Source: Candidatus Poriferihabitaceae bacterium
Lineage (GTDB): Bacteria > Pseudomonadota > Gammaproteobacteria > Arenicellales > Poriferihabitantaceae
DNA: 64,000 nucleotides
Assembly: GCA_965226545.1 (NCBI GenBank)
Contig: OZ245364.1
Coordinates: 2,170,397-2,234,396, forward strand
Reading direction: 5' to 3'
Shown: piece after piece, positions 1 to 9,620 of the stretch
How positions within the stretch are numbered: the first letter of the stretch is position 1
Layout of the letters: each line of letters starts with the position of its first letter
Translations under genes and position numbers: made by a program
Notes under the pieces: generated by a model
The model's database searches: none
Told to the model about the DNA's origin: nothing
What the model saw: only the letters and a program-made list of their open reading frames with translations

Positions 1-263
1 AACCGACACACCTCGCGCAATAAATCGCGGCTGTCAGCGTCGCGATACTGCACATCGGAAGAGGGGAAAAACGCGCCCAAATCGCCCAAACACGCCGCCC
101 CCAAACAAGCGTCGGCGACGGCATGCAACAATACATCGGCATCCGAATGCCCGACCAAGCCAAGCGGATAATCGACCCGTACCCCGCCGAGAATCAAGGC
201 GCGATTGGGCGCGAGGCGATGCGCATCAAAGCCCGCGCCAATGCGAATATCGGGGAGGTTCAT
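1..263 (-). CDS. ispF: 2-C-methyl-D-erythritol 2,4-cyclodiphosphate synthase (IspF), N-terminal part; the gene runs off the left edge
   Basis: Absent from the ORF track because there is no stop in the window. Reverse-strand translation from the ATG at 263 reads [70 protein letters not shown]. This closely resembles the IspF N-terminus (GFDxH, HSDGD, LGAAxLGDIG). Confidence 0.85.
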   Translation of the reverse strand, partial: MNLPDIRIGAGFDAHRLAPNRALILGGVRVDYPLGLVGHSDADVLLHAVADACLGAACLGDLGAFFPSSDVQYRDADSRDLLREVCR

Positions 264-310
264 AAGGGCAAGCCCGCGGGAAAGCGCGAAGGCAACGCGA
301 AGAAAAGCGC

Positions 311-605
311 GCGGCAGTGCGCGATTGCGGGGCTATAGGAGGTGGGGGGCGATTGCGCCCCGCTTGTGTCCGCCCCCGCAACCGCTCGCAGACAACTGCC
401 AATGCCTGTCTAACTCGCGGACTCGATGGGTTATAGCGAATCACGGCAACGGTGTCAAGCGGCAGTGCGCGATTGCGGGGCTATAGGAGGTGGGGGACGA
501 TTGCGCCCCGCTTGTGTCCGCCCCCGCAACCGCTCGCAGACAACTGCCATGCCTGTTCCTAACGCGGACCGTGGGGTTTATAGCGAATTGCGGCGGTGGC
601 GTCAA
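311..605. repeat. Two tandem copies (148 and 147 bp) of a GC-rich structured element in the ispD-ispF spacer
   Basis: 311-458 and 459-605 both start GCGGCAGTGCGCGATTGCGGGGCTATAGGAGGTGGGGG. They stay near-identical for about 95 nt and then diverge moderately. Each copy carries the hairpin GGGGCG-ATTG-CGCCCC (1-nt bulge in copy 2). Confidence 0.85.
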
Positions 606-887
606 GGGTGGCGGCGTTCGCAATCGCCGAATGCAAACCAATGTCGCAGGTGGGATGGCGGCTTGGGTTGCCGGCAACGGCGTGGGGGGATTGGTAAACA
701 TACCGAGGGCTTTGAACCGAATCTTTGCCGGGCGTGACCGGGCAACCGTGAGGTTGCGCCAACGCAATCGTTTTTTCATGCGCTTCGTCCAACCTGTCGT
801 TGGTTGTGCCGATATAACAAGACATCATCAGCAAGCCGGCATCGCCGCCGCGTCATTAAAACAATCACCACGCCGGCGATTATCGCG

Positions 888-1586
888 TCAACCGCCGCGC
901 ACCAGCCGTTCGGCGCGCGCCAAATCCGCGCGCACGGTGATTTTAAGGTTGTCGGCGTCGCCGACCACCAGCGCGCCATGCACGCCGCGCCATTCCATCG
1001 CTTGGGTTTCATCGCGCGGGTGGCGTTGATTGTCGAATGCGGCGGTTAACGCGTCGTGCAATGCGCCGAGTCGATACATCTGCGGCGTCAATGCGCGCCA
1101 CAATGAATCATCGTCGATGCTTTCGGCGCGACCGTCGGCGCGCGCGCGTTTGAGGGAATCATGCAACGGCGCAGCCAACAATGCGCCGTCGCCGTGTTGG
1201 CGCGCCGCGTCGATTAACTTATCCAAATCGTCCGCGCGCAAACACGGGCGCGCGGCGTCATGCACCATCACCCAATCCTCGCGCGGCGCGCCGTCGCGCA
1301 ACAAGGCATCGAGCGCGTTATGCACGGTGGCGGCGCGCGTCTCTGCCCCGCAAAATTCGGCGCGCAGTTTTGCATGGCGATGCGGTTGCGCGCGCCAATG
1401 CGCATCATCGGCGGCGACGGCAATCAACACTTCGACAATCTCTCGATGCGCGCACAACGCCGCCAATGCATAATCGACCACGCGCACATCGCCCAACGGC
1501 AAATATTGCTTCGGCAATTCCGCGCCCATCCGCGCCCCGCTGCCGCCGGCGGCCACCACCGCTCGAATCGATGCGCGCACGGTCAT
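888..1586 (-). CDS. ispD: 2-C-methyl-D-erythritol 4-phosphate cytidylyltransferase (IspD)
   Basis: 232-aa ORF. The N-terminal AVVAAGGSGARMGAELPKQYLPL matches the IspD nucleotide-binding motif, and it has the classic upstream-of-ispF position. Confidence 0.9.
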   Translation of the reverse strand: MTVRASIRAVVAAGGSGARMGAELPKQYLPLGDVRVVDYALAALCAHREIVEVLIAVAADDAHWRAQPHRHAKLRAEFCGAETRAATVHNALDALLRDGAPREDWVMVHDAARPCLRADDLDKLIDAARQHGDGALLAAPLHDSLKRARADGRAESIDDDSLWRALTPQMYRLGALHDALTAAFDNQRHPRDETQAMEWRGVHGALVVGDADNLKITVRADLARAERLVRGG

Positions 1587-1810
1587 TGTGCGGTTTGTGT
1601 TTTGTGATGCGGTTTGTGTTGCATTTGATTTTGCACTTTGTTTTGCACTTTGTTTTACAGTTTATTTTGCAGTTCGTTTTGCATTTTATTTGCAAGTTGT
1701 TTGCACGTTGTTCGCACTTTGTTTACGCGCGCGTCGTTTTGCATCTTGCGATGCATAGTGCATGCACTGATTGTTCCATCGAAGTTCAATCGAAGTTCAA
1801 TCCGAATCGG
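1587..1810. repeat. Intergenic simple-sequence tract (TTTGCA/TTTGTG-type, hexamer-periodic) between ispD and mfd
   Basis: Reads ...GTTTGTGTTTTGTGATGCGGTTTGTGTTGCATTTGATTTTGCACTTTGTTTTGCACTTTGTTTTACAG..., ending with GAAGTTCAATCGAAGTTCAATCC. It is AT-rich relative to the flanking genes. Confidence 0.8.
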
Positions 1811-1930
1811 CGCGATATTTTAACCCAAGCACACGCATCGATTGGCGTACAATGCGCCGCTTAAATCGCAATGCGATTGTTAACTTATTTTCCATTCCGT
1901 TGATTACCCCAACGCATCAACCCGCGGCAA

Positions 1931-4900
1931 ATGCCGAATTGTTTCGTGTCTGATTCACCGCCGTTTTTGTTGGAGCCGCCGGTGCCGCCGCGCGCCGCCG
2001 GGTTGCGTTGGCAACGACTGCATGGCGCGGCGTTTGCGCTGGCGATAGCCGAAGCCGCGCGCAAAACCGACGGCGCCATCATCGTCGTCGCCGACGACCA
2101 ACGACAATTGGATTTGCTGCTGGCGGAACTTCATTTTTTTGTCGGCGATGTTGAAGATAATGCGGGCGACGGTGACCGGGGAAGTAACAGTGACGGTGAC
2201 AACGCAAGTGAAAGTGAAAGTGCAAGTGACGGTAACAATGCAAGTGCAAGTACAAATGCAAGTACAGGCACAAATGCAAACACCACCGTCAACTTGACTC
2301 AAAAAAGTAACGACGCCGACCAAAACAAAATCCACATCCGCGAATTCCCCGCTTGGGAATGTCTGCCTTACGACATCTTCTCGCCGCACCCCGACATCAT
2401 CTCCAAACGCCTGCAGATTCTCGCCAACTTGGCGCGCATGCAGCGCATCGACCGCGCCGAGCGGTTAATCTTGTTGACCACCTGCGCCAATTTAATGCAA
2501 CGCTTGGCGCCGCGCGAATACATCGCCGCACACGCCTTTTCATTGCGACAAGGCGACACGATTGACCGCGATGCATTGCGCGCGCAAATGATTGAGGCGC
2601 ATTATGCGGCGGTGAAGCAAGTGATGGCGCCGGGCGAATTTGCGTTTCGCGGCGGCTTGATTGATGTGTATCCGATGGGCGCGGACGCGCCGTTTCGCTT
2701 GGATTTGTTTGACGATGAGATTGAATCGATTCGTCGATTCGATGCCGACACCCAACGTTCGGTCGATGCGGTCGATTCGATAGAACTGTTGCCGGCGCGC
2801 GAATTCCCGATGAACGCTGCCGGCATCGAACGGTTTCGCGGCGCGTTTCGCCGCCACTTCGAAGGCGACCCGCGCGCGCAACGCGTCTATGCCGAAATCA
2901 GCGCCGGGGTGGCGCCGCCCGGCGCGGAGTTTTATCTGCCGCTGTTTTTTGAACGCACCGCAACGTTGTTCGATTATTTACGCGACGATGCATTGTGGGT
3001 GGTCGGCGACAACTTCGCCGAAACCGCCCGAGTGCACGCCGCCGAGATTGAAGACCGCCGCCAACACGCCGATTACGACCGCACGCGCCGCGTGTTGCCG
3101 GCATCGATGCTGTATCTCGACGCCGATGAAATCACCGCGCGCATCGAATCGCAACGCCGCATCGTGCATGTTGGCGCCGGGCAACCCGGCGATTGGCGCG
3201 CGCCAACTTCGCCCGGCAAAACCTTCGCGGTCGATGCGCGCGAAGCCTCGCCGTATCAAAAATTCCTCGCGCACATCGAACCGGCGTCACCCCAACGGCG
3301 AATATTAATCGCCACCGAAACCGCCGGACGCCGCGAGGCGATGGACGGTTTGCTGCGCCATCATCAACTGCAAACCGCGTCATGCGAAACCTTCGCGCAG
3401 TTTGCGCGCGACGCAACCTTAACCCGCGCGTTGTGCGTGCATCCGCTCGAGCGCGCATTGTGTTTGCCCGCATTGGAAATCATCTGCGAGAGTCAGTTAT
3501 ACGGCGAACGCGCGATGCATAACCGCCGCCGAAGACGCGGCGCACAAGACCCCGAATCAATTATCCGTTCGCTGGCTGAGTTGCATATCGGCGACCCGGT
3601 CGTGCATATCGACCATGGCGTCGGGCGGTATTTGGGGTTGCGCGCATTCAACACCGGCGGATTAAGCGCGGACGGCGAATCCAATCGACAATCGAATGGG
3701 CAATCGAACGGTCAATCGAGTGAATCGTCGAGAGATGAATCGAACCGTCAATTGGACGGTAAATCGAAAACGGAATCGCAAACTGAAGCACAAACTGAAT
3801 CGCACATCGAATCCGAGCGACACACCGGCGAATTTTTGGCGTTGGAATATCAACACGGCGACAAGTTGTATGTGCCGGTGTTGTCGTTGCATCTAATCAG
3901 CCGATTTGTCGGCGGCGACCAACAACACGCGCCGCTGCATCAACTCGGCGGCGAACGTTGGCAAAAGGTCAAGCGCAAGGCGCGCGAAAAGGCGCATGAT
4001 GTCGCGGCTGAATTGCTCGAGGTTGCGGCGTTGCGCGGTGCGCGCAAGGGCGTTGCGATGACGCCGCCGGGCGATGAATATCAATCGTTTGTCGGGCGGT
4101 TTGGGTTCGATGAAACCCCGGATCAACAGCGCGCGATTGACGAAGTGCTCGCCGATTTAAAAAGCGACGCGCCGATGGAACGATTGGTGTGCGGCGATGT
4201 CGGCTTTGGCAAAACCGAAGTTGCATTGCGCGCCGCGTTTGTCGCCGTGCATAACAATCGTCAAGTCGCATTGCTGACGCCGACCACGTTGTTGGCCGGG
4301 CAACATTATGAAACCTTCACCGACCGCTTCGCCGAGTTGTCGGTCAGCATTGGAATGTTGTCGCGATTCAAAACCAAAAAACAAGCCGCTGAATTAATCG
4401 CGCAATTAAAAACCGGACAACCCGACATCATCATCGGCACGCATCGACTGCTGCAAAAAGACGTTAACTTTAAGCGACTTGGTTTGTTGATTATCGACGA
4501 AGAGCATCGCTTTGGCGTGCGTCAAAAGGAGCGCATCAAACAACTGCGCAGCCAAGTCGATTTATTAACCTTGACCGCAACGCCGATTCCGCGCACCTTA
4601 AATCTCGCGCTGTCCGGCTTGCGCGACATTTCATTAATCGCCACCGCACCGCAACTGCGCCTGTCGGTCAAAACCTTCATCCGCGAATGGAGCCATGCAT
4701 TGGTGCGCGAAGCCTGCCTGCGCGAAATTCGGCGCGGCGGACAGGTGTATTTTGTGCATAACGAAGTGCGCACGATGACGCGCTTTGTCGAGCAACTTTC
4801 CGAACTGTTGCCCGAGGCGACGATTCAATTTGCGCACGGACAACTCGGCGAAGTGCAGTTGGAGCGGGTGATGCAGGATTTTTATCATCGACGTTTTAAT

Positions 4901-5944
4901 GTGCTGGTGTGTTCGACCATTATCGAAAGCGGTTTGGATGTCGCCTCAGCCAACACGATTATCATCAACCGCGCCGACCGCTTTGGCTTGGCGCAATTGC
5001 ATCAACTGCGCGGACGCGTCGGGCGTTCGCATCATCAGGCGTTCGCCTATCTGTTGGTGCCCGAAGGCGCGCCGTTGCGCGGCGATGCGCGCAAGCGACT
5101 CGATGCATTCGAAAAAATGGATGAACTCGGCGCCGGCTTTGCATTGGCGTCGCATGATTTGGAAATCCGCGGCGCCGGCGAATTGCTCGGCGAAACCCAA
5201 AGCGGCTTAATCGACGAAGTCGGTTTTTCACTGTACGGCGAATATTTAAAATTGGCGGTTGCCGATATTAAAGCCGGCGACAATGCCAACGACCGACAAG
5301 TGCAACTGTATGGCGACCGTGTCGTCGACGACAGTGTCAGTATCAACGGTAACGGTAAAAGTAAAAGTGACAGTGACAGTCACGGTGACCGTGCATCGAA
5401 AGTAACATCGAGTTCGAAGTCAAAGTCGAAGTCGACATCAACTTCGACATCACCATCGCCCTTCGCCGATGAACGCCTGCGCGCACCGACGATTGATTTG
5501 CACATCGCCGCGTTGTTCCCTGAAACTTATCTCGGCAATCCGCATGCGCGGTTGGTGTTGTATAAACGCATCGCGCACGCGCCGGATTTGCACGCCTTGT
5601 ATGAATTGCAAGTCGAAACCATCGACCGTTTTGGTTTGTTGCCCGAAGTCGGCAAAAATTTGTTTCGCTTGACCGCGTTGCGATTGTGCGCGCAACAACT
5701 CGGCGTGCGCACAATCGATGTTGGCGAACAAGGCGGCGTGATTGAATTTTCGTCAACGCCGCGCATCGACGCCGAAGTGGTGCTGCAGTTGGTGCGCGAC
5801 GAGCCGCAACGTTATCAATTAAACGGGCCGAGCGGCGTGCGCATCGAAGCCGATTTGTCGGATTCACAAACGCGCATCGAATGCATCGAACAATTGCTCG
5901 AGCGATTCGGCGCGCGCGCTGTGCTACACTGCGCAACGTCGTAA
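1931..5944 (+). CDS. mfd: Transcription-repair coupling factor Mfd, with three low-complexity in-frame inserts
   Basis: 1337-aa ORF with Mfd hallmarks: FPAWECLPYDIFSPH (UvrB-homology region), HIDHGVGRY...KLYVPVLSLHLISRF (RNAP-interacting region) and superfamily-2 helicase motifs GDVGFGKTEVA, DEEHRFGV, TATPIPRT, QLRGRVGRS. Confidence 0.95.
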   Translation: MPNCFVSDSPPFLLEPPVPPRAAGLRWQRLHGAAFALAIAEAARKTDGAIIVVADDQRQLDLLLAELHFFVGDVEDNAGDGDRGSNSDGDNASESESASDGNNASASTNASTGTNANTTVNLTQKSNDADQNKIHIREFPAWECLPYDIFSPHPDIISKRLQILANLARMQRIDRAERLILLTTCANLMQRLAPREYIAAHAFSLRQGDTIDRDALRAQMIEAHYAAVKQVMAPGEFAFRGGLIDVYPMGADAPFRLDLFDDEIESIRRFDADTQRSVDAVDSIELLPAREFPMNAAGIERFRGAFRRHFEGDPRAQRVYAEISAGVAPPGAEFYLPLFFERTATLFDYLRDDALWVVGDNFAETARVHAAEIEDRRQHADYDRTRRVLPASMLYLDADEITARIESQRRIVHVGAGQPGDWRAPTSPGKTFAVDAREASPYQKFLAHIEPASPQRRILIATETAGRREAMDGLLRHHQLQTASCETFAQFARDATLTRALCVHPLERALCLPALEIICESQLYGERAMHNRRRRRGAQDPESIIRSLAELHIGDPVVHIDHGVGRYLGLRAFNTGGLSADGESNRQSNGQSNGQSSESSRDESNRQLDGKSKTESQTEAQTESHIESERHTGEFLALEYQHGDKLYVPVLSLHLISRFVGGDQQHAPLHQLGGERWQKVKRKAREKAHDVAAELLEVAALRGARKGVAMTPPGDEYQSFVGRFGFDETPDQQRAIDEVLADLKSDAPMERLVCGDVGFGKTEVALRAAFVAVHNNRQVALLTPTTLLAGQHYETFTDRFAELSVSIGMLSRFKTKKQAAELIAQLKTGQPDIIIGTHRLLQKDVNFKRLGLLIIDEEHRFGVRQKERIKQLRSQVDLLTLTATPIPRTLNLALSGLRDISLIATAPQLRLSVKTFIREWSHALVREACLREIRRGGQVYFVHNEVRTMTRFVEQLSELLPEATIQFAHGQLGEVQLERVMQDFYHRRFNVLVCSTIIESGLDVASANTIIINRADRFGLAQLHQLRGRVGRSHHQAFAYLLVPEGAPLRGDARKRLDAFEKMDELGAGFALASHDLEIRGAGELLGETQSGLIDEVGFSLYGEYLKLAVADIKAGDNANDRQVQLYGDRVVDDSVSINGNGKSKSDSDSHGDRASKVTSSSKSKSKSTSTSTSPSPFADERLRAPTIDLHIAALFPETYLGNPHARLVLYKRIAHAPDLHALYELQVETIDRFGLLPEVGKNLFRLTALRLCAQQLGVRTIDVGEQGGVIEFSSTPRIDAEVVLQLVRDEPQRYQLNGPSGVRIEADLSDSQTRIECIEQLLERFGARAVLHCATS

Positions 5945-5970
5945 CCGGCCCGCGCTTTTCATTTCATCCC

Positions 5971-6897
5971 GTGCGTTTTCCCCTTTTGCGTTTTTCATTT
6001 TACTCCGCCGCGCGCATCGCCTTGTTGGCGACGCTTGCCTTGAGCGCCATCGATGCGCGCGCCGAACGCGAATACCGCGTCGAGGTCATCGTATTCGAAC
6101 GCGAAACCGAACCGCGCGCACAGGATGCATTCGATAACGTTAATAACAACATTGATGACAACGCCGCTGAAAATGTTGATGAAGAATCCTCGGACCGCGA
6201 GCAATGGGATTTCGCCTCGAAGCGCACGGTCGCGTTGCGCGAAGAGATGGATGCATTGGCGGCGCGCATCACCGATTGGCCAAACGAAACCGAGTTGTAT
6301 GAATTGGCCGGCGCGCGCGAAGAACTGCGCGCCTCCGGCTATCGCATTCTCGATGCGCGCAGTTGGCGTCAGCCGCCGAGTTTGTATCAAGAGGCGCCGT
6401 TAATCGGTTTGGGACGCGCCGCAACCGGCCTCGACACCGATTTGTTTTTTGATTGGAGCGATGATTTTGACAGCGGCGATTCGCAATGGCAGGCGCAAAC
6501 CGACCAACGCGACGAACGGCTGCGCGGCTTTGTGCGGGTGTATACCACCGCACTGATTTACACCGACCTCAACTTGCAGTTAACCGTGCGCGAATCCGAC
6601 GCCGATGAATTTGCGGATGTTGCGGCTGTGCCGGATGAACCGCAAAGTTGGCTGGCAAAACGTCGCGCACAAAAACGCGCGCGGCAACGCAATCGCAAAA
6701 CCTTGGATGCGCGCGCCGATGAATTATCCCGCCCCGAACCGACTGAGGATTTTTTCATCGCCGAAAAACGCCGTCTGCGATTCAATCAAATTCATTACTT
6801 CGACCATCCAATGTTCGGCGCATTGCTCGGCGTTTGGTCGGTCGAAATCGAAGAGGAAGGTGACGGTGACGGCGACAACAATTCATCCGGCAATTAA
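5971..6897 (+). CDS. Secreted protein, possibly CsiV/DUF2803 family
   Basis: The ORF frame opens at 5881 but overlaps the mfd end. The GTG at 5971 gives a signal-peptide-like start, VRFPLLRFSFYSAARIALLATLALSAIDARA, followed by EREYRVEVIVFERE. The position directly after mfd recalls Vibrio csiV. The family assignment is from memory only. Confidence 0.5.
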   Translation: MRFPLLRFSFYSAARIALLATLALSAIDARAEREYRVEVIVFERETEPRAQDAFDNVNNNIDDNAAENVDEESSDREQWDFASKRTVALREEMDALAARITDWPNETELYELAGAREELRASGYRILDARSWRQPPSLYQEAPLIGLGRAATGLDTDLFFDWSDDFDSGDSQWQAQTDQRDERLRGFVRVYTTALIYTDLNLQLTVRESDADEFADVAAVPDEPQSWLAKRRAQKRARQRNRKTLDARADELSRPEPTEDFFIAEKRRLRFNQIHYFDHPMFGALLGVWSVEIEEEGDGDGDNNSSGN

Positions 6898-6996
6898 ACT
6901 TAAACTTAAATTAAAACTCAAACCAAAATTAAAAAATCAACCGCAACAAGAATTAATGATTGACGCGGCATGCATCCACCGCACATTAATCGCACA

Positions 6997-7713
6997 TTAA
7001 TAACGCGCAATAATTTCCAACACCGCCGCGCGCGACGCAGTTAAGTTTTCACCAATCGCGCGCATATCGAGTGCCTCCTCGCTTTGCCCGGCGGCGTAAT
7101 TAACCACGACCGCAATCGCCGCATACTCCATCGCCAATTCGCGCGCCAACGCGGCTTCGGGCATTGCGGTCATACCGACAATATCGGCGCCGTCGCGCGC
7201 CAACCGCACAATCTCCGCGGCGGTTTCCAATCGCGGGCCTTGCGTAACTGCATACACGCCGCGCGCGTTCACCGACACTTTGGCGCGGTCGGCCGCGGCG
7301 ATTAATCGCGCGCGCATCGAAGGCGAATACGGCGCGGTGAAATCGATGTGGCGCACTTCATCGTCAAAAAAAGTGTGCGCGCGTCCCCAGGTGTAATCGA
7401 TAAGTTGGTCGGGGATGACAATCGCGCGCGGCGCAAGATGCGCGGCGATGCCGCCGACCGCGGCGATGGAAACAATTTCGGTGACGCCGAGTTGATGCAA
7501 TGCATGCAGGTTGGCGCGATAGTTGATGCGATGCGGCGCAATCGAATGGTCGCTCGAATGGCGCGGCAAAAAAATCCATTCGCGCGCGCCCAATGCGCCG
7601 CGCATCGGCGTCGCCGACGGCGCGCCATACGGCGACGCCAACGCCGCACGACAAGGCGCAAACCCGTCCAACACATCGAAACCGCTGCCGGCAATTATCG
7701 CGCGCACACTCAT
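6997..7713 (-). CDS. 5'-methylthioadenosine / methylthioinosine phosphorylase family (PNP class)
   Basis: MSVRAIIAGSGFD...FLPRHSSDHSIAPHRINYRANLHALHQLGVTEIVSIAAVGG...GVYAVTQGPRLETAAE...GADIVGMT matches MTAP-family motifs. The start at 7713 (ATGA overlap with the upstream gene) is preferred over the longer ORF start at 7785. Confidence 0.85.
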   Translation of the reverse strand: MSVRAIIAGSGFDVLDGFAPCRAALASPYGAPSATPMRGALGAREWIFLPRHSSDHSIAPHRINYRANLHALHQLGVTEIVSIAAVGGIAAHLAPRAIVIPDQLIDYTWGRAHTFFDDEVRHIDFTAPYSPSMRARLIAAADRAKVSVNARGVYAVTQGPRLETAAEIVRLARDGADIVGMTAMPEAALARELAMEYAAIAVVVNYAAGQSEEALDMRAIGENLTASRAAVLEIIARY

Positions 7714-8585
7714 TGCGCGCACACAATATGCAGCGCATTGTCGCGCTGATAACCAAGATGAATCGCCGCCAATGAATCCGCGCAAGCCGCGCGCGCCAAT
7801 ACGCCGTTGTCGTAAAACGCAATCATCGGCAACCGGTTCATTAATGTCACATCATCCGTCGCGACGGTGTTGTCGCACCCGACATTTTTATTGTCGACAA
7901 CTTTTACCGTGTCACTTGCAAAGTTCACCGTGTCATTCACTGCACTTACATTGTCGCGCACGACATCGACCGTGTTAACTGCAACGTTACCCGCAACACT
8001 TTCCTCATCGGCAAACAACAACCGCGCCCCTTTCTTCCTGTCGACACAAGCGCGAATAACTTTATGCACCGCCGCCGCCGACTCCCGCGTCATCGCCGCC
8101 ACCGCATCGACGCATAACAACGCAATCGAATGGTCGCCAACAAACTCCGCGGATAAAAAAATCGCGCGCGGCAAATCCAACGGGTCGGCAAGCAGATAAG
8201 CGAGATGCATGCCGTCATTGGCGTCGCCGCTTGCATCGTTACTTTCATCGTGACTAGCATTGTCATTGACATCGTCACTTGTACTTGCACTTGCACTTGC
8301 ACTTGCACTTGCACTTGTACTTGTACTTGTACTTGTACTTGTACTTGTACTTGCACTTGTACTTGCACTTGCACTTGCACTGTCACTTACATCGTCACTT
8401 GCACCGTCATTTACACCGTCATTTACACCGTCATTCACAACATCACCAAACGCGGCTTGCAACAACGCGACATCGCAAGGCGCGGCGATGAGCAATGCAT
8501 CGGCAATGCGCGCGGTGCGCAATAAAATTAATGCGCGGCGCACCGCATCGACATCGGCGCGATTGCACGGCAGCAACGCTTTCAT
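7710..8585 (-). CDS. Hypothetical protein with a central (Ala/Thr-Ser)n tract
   Basis: 291-aa ORF. Its stop overlaps the MTAP-family start by 4 nt (ATGA), which suggests translational coupling. I recognised no family. The centre is encoded by a 19-unit hexamer microsatellite. Confidence 0.55.
   Translation of the reverse strand: MKALLPCNRADVDAVRRALILLRTARIADALLIAAPCDVALLQAAFGDVVNDGVNDGVNDGASDDVSDSASASASTSASTSTSTSTSTSTSASASASASASTSDDVNDNASHDESNDASGDANDGMHLAYLLADPLDLPRAIFLSAEFVGDHSIALLCVDAVAAMTRESAAAVHKVIRACVDRKKGARLLFADEESVAGNVAVNTVDVVRDNVSAVNDTVNFASDTVKVVDNKNVGCDNTVATDDVTLMNRLPMIAFYDNGVLARAACADSLAAIHLGYQRDNALHIVCAQ
8276..8389. repeat. Hexanucleotide microsatellite (CACTTG/TACTTG) x19 inside a CDS
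   Basis: Uninterrupted run cacttgtacttgcacttgcacttg...tacttgcacttgcacttgcac. It is open in many frames (ORF-track entries 8090-8386, 8205-8525, 8260-8649, 8279-8491). Confidence 0.95.
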
Positions 8586-8594
8586 CGGGTTGGA

Positions 8595-9620
8595 TTACGA
8601 CTCGGCGGGTTGCGCTTCGGACAACTCGGCTTGCATTTGCGCGACATAGCGGGCGACGCCGTGCGCGACATCGGCGAACGGCGCAACGTAGCCGGCGGCG
8701 CGCAATTGAGTTAAATCGGCGCAGGTGTAATTTTGATATTTGCCGCGCAGGGCATCGGGCATCGGGATGTATTCGATGGCGCCAACCGCGCGCGCTTGGT
8801 CGAGTGTGTATGGCGCATCATCGCGCAGGCTGTTAATCACCGTGAGCGCGACTTCGTTAAAACTGTAACTTGCGCCGCTGCCGGCGTTGAACACGCCGCT
8901 TTGTTTCGGCTGGTCGTAAAAATGCAAATTGACCGCAACGATGTCGTCGACCGCGACAAAATCGCGGCGTTGTTCACCGTCGGCGCAGCCGTCTCCGCCG
9001 GCAAACAAGCGCACGCATTGTTGCGCGCGGTATTGATTAAAAAAATGCCGCGCCACCGACGCCATTCGGCCCTTGTGTTGTTCATAATCGCCATAGACAT
9101 TAAAATAACGCAAGCCGATGCATTGGCAATGAATTTTTTGTTGACTGAATTGCGCGCGCACATATTCATCGAACTGCAATTTCGAACGCGCATAACCGTT
9201 TAACGCCGATTCATATTGCGGCGATTCGATAAACACATTGCCGCCGCCATACACCGACGCCGACGAGGCGTAAAGATATTGCGCGCCGCAATCATTGCAA
9301 AAATGCAGCAGCGTTTTCGAATACTCCAAATTGTTGGCGCGCAGATAATCCTCATCGAGCATCATCGTGTCCGAACACGCGCCTTGATGAAACACCGCCG
9401 TGATGTCGCTGCGCGACGTCGAGGTTGCAGTTAACCCGCGCTGCGCCATCGTTAAAAACGAATGCTTATCGATGTATTCGGCGAATGATAACTTCGCAAG
9501 ATTCGGATGGTCGCGCGCATCGACCGAATCGACCGCGATGATGTCGGCAACGCCGCGCCGGTTTAACGCGGCAATAAGATTGGCGCCGATGAATCCGGCC
9601 GCGCCGGTAACGACAATCAT
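8595..9620 (-). CDS. hldD: ADP-L-glycero-D-manno-heptose 6-epimerase
   Basis: MIVVTGAAGFIGANLIAALNRRGVADIIAVD... parallels E. coli HldD/RfaD ([31 protein letters not shown]). Length is 341 aa. Confidence 0.9.
   Translation of the reverse strand: MIVVTGAAGFIGANLIAALNRRGVADIIAVDSVDARDHPNLAKLSFAEYIDKHSFLTMAQRGLTATSTSRSDITAVFHQGACSDTMMLDEDYLRANNLEYSKTLLHFCNDCGAQYLYASSASVYGGGNVFIESPQYESALNGYARSKLQFDEYVRAQFSQQKIHCQCIGLRYFNVYGDYEQHKGRMASVARHFFNQYRAQQCVRLFAGGDGCADGEQRRDFVAVDDIVAVNLHFYDQPKQSGVFNAGSGASYSFNEVALTVINSLRDDAPYTLDQARAVGAIEYIPMPDALRGKYQNYTCADLTQLRAAGYVAPFADVAHGVARYVAQMQAELSEAQPAES

Noticed and set aside
426-1029. ORFs in the ispD-ispF spacer (426-737, 441-779, 490-1029)
   Set aside because: They run through the tandem repeat and overlap the ispD end, have a Gly/Arg-rich composition, and have no start context. 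They are more likely non-coding structured DNA.
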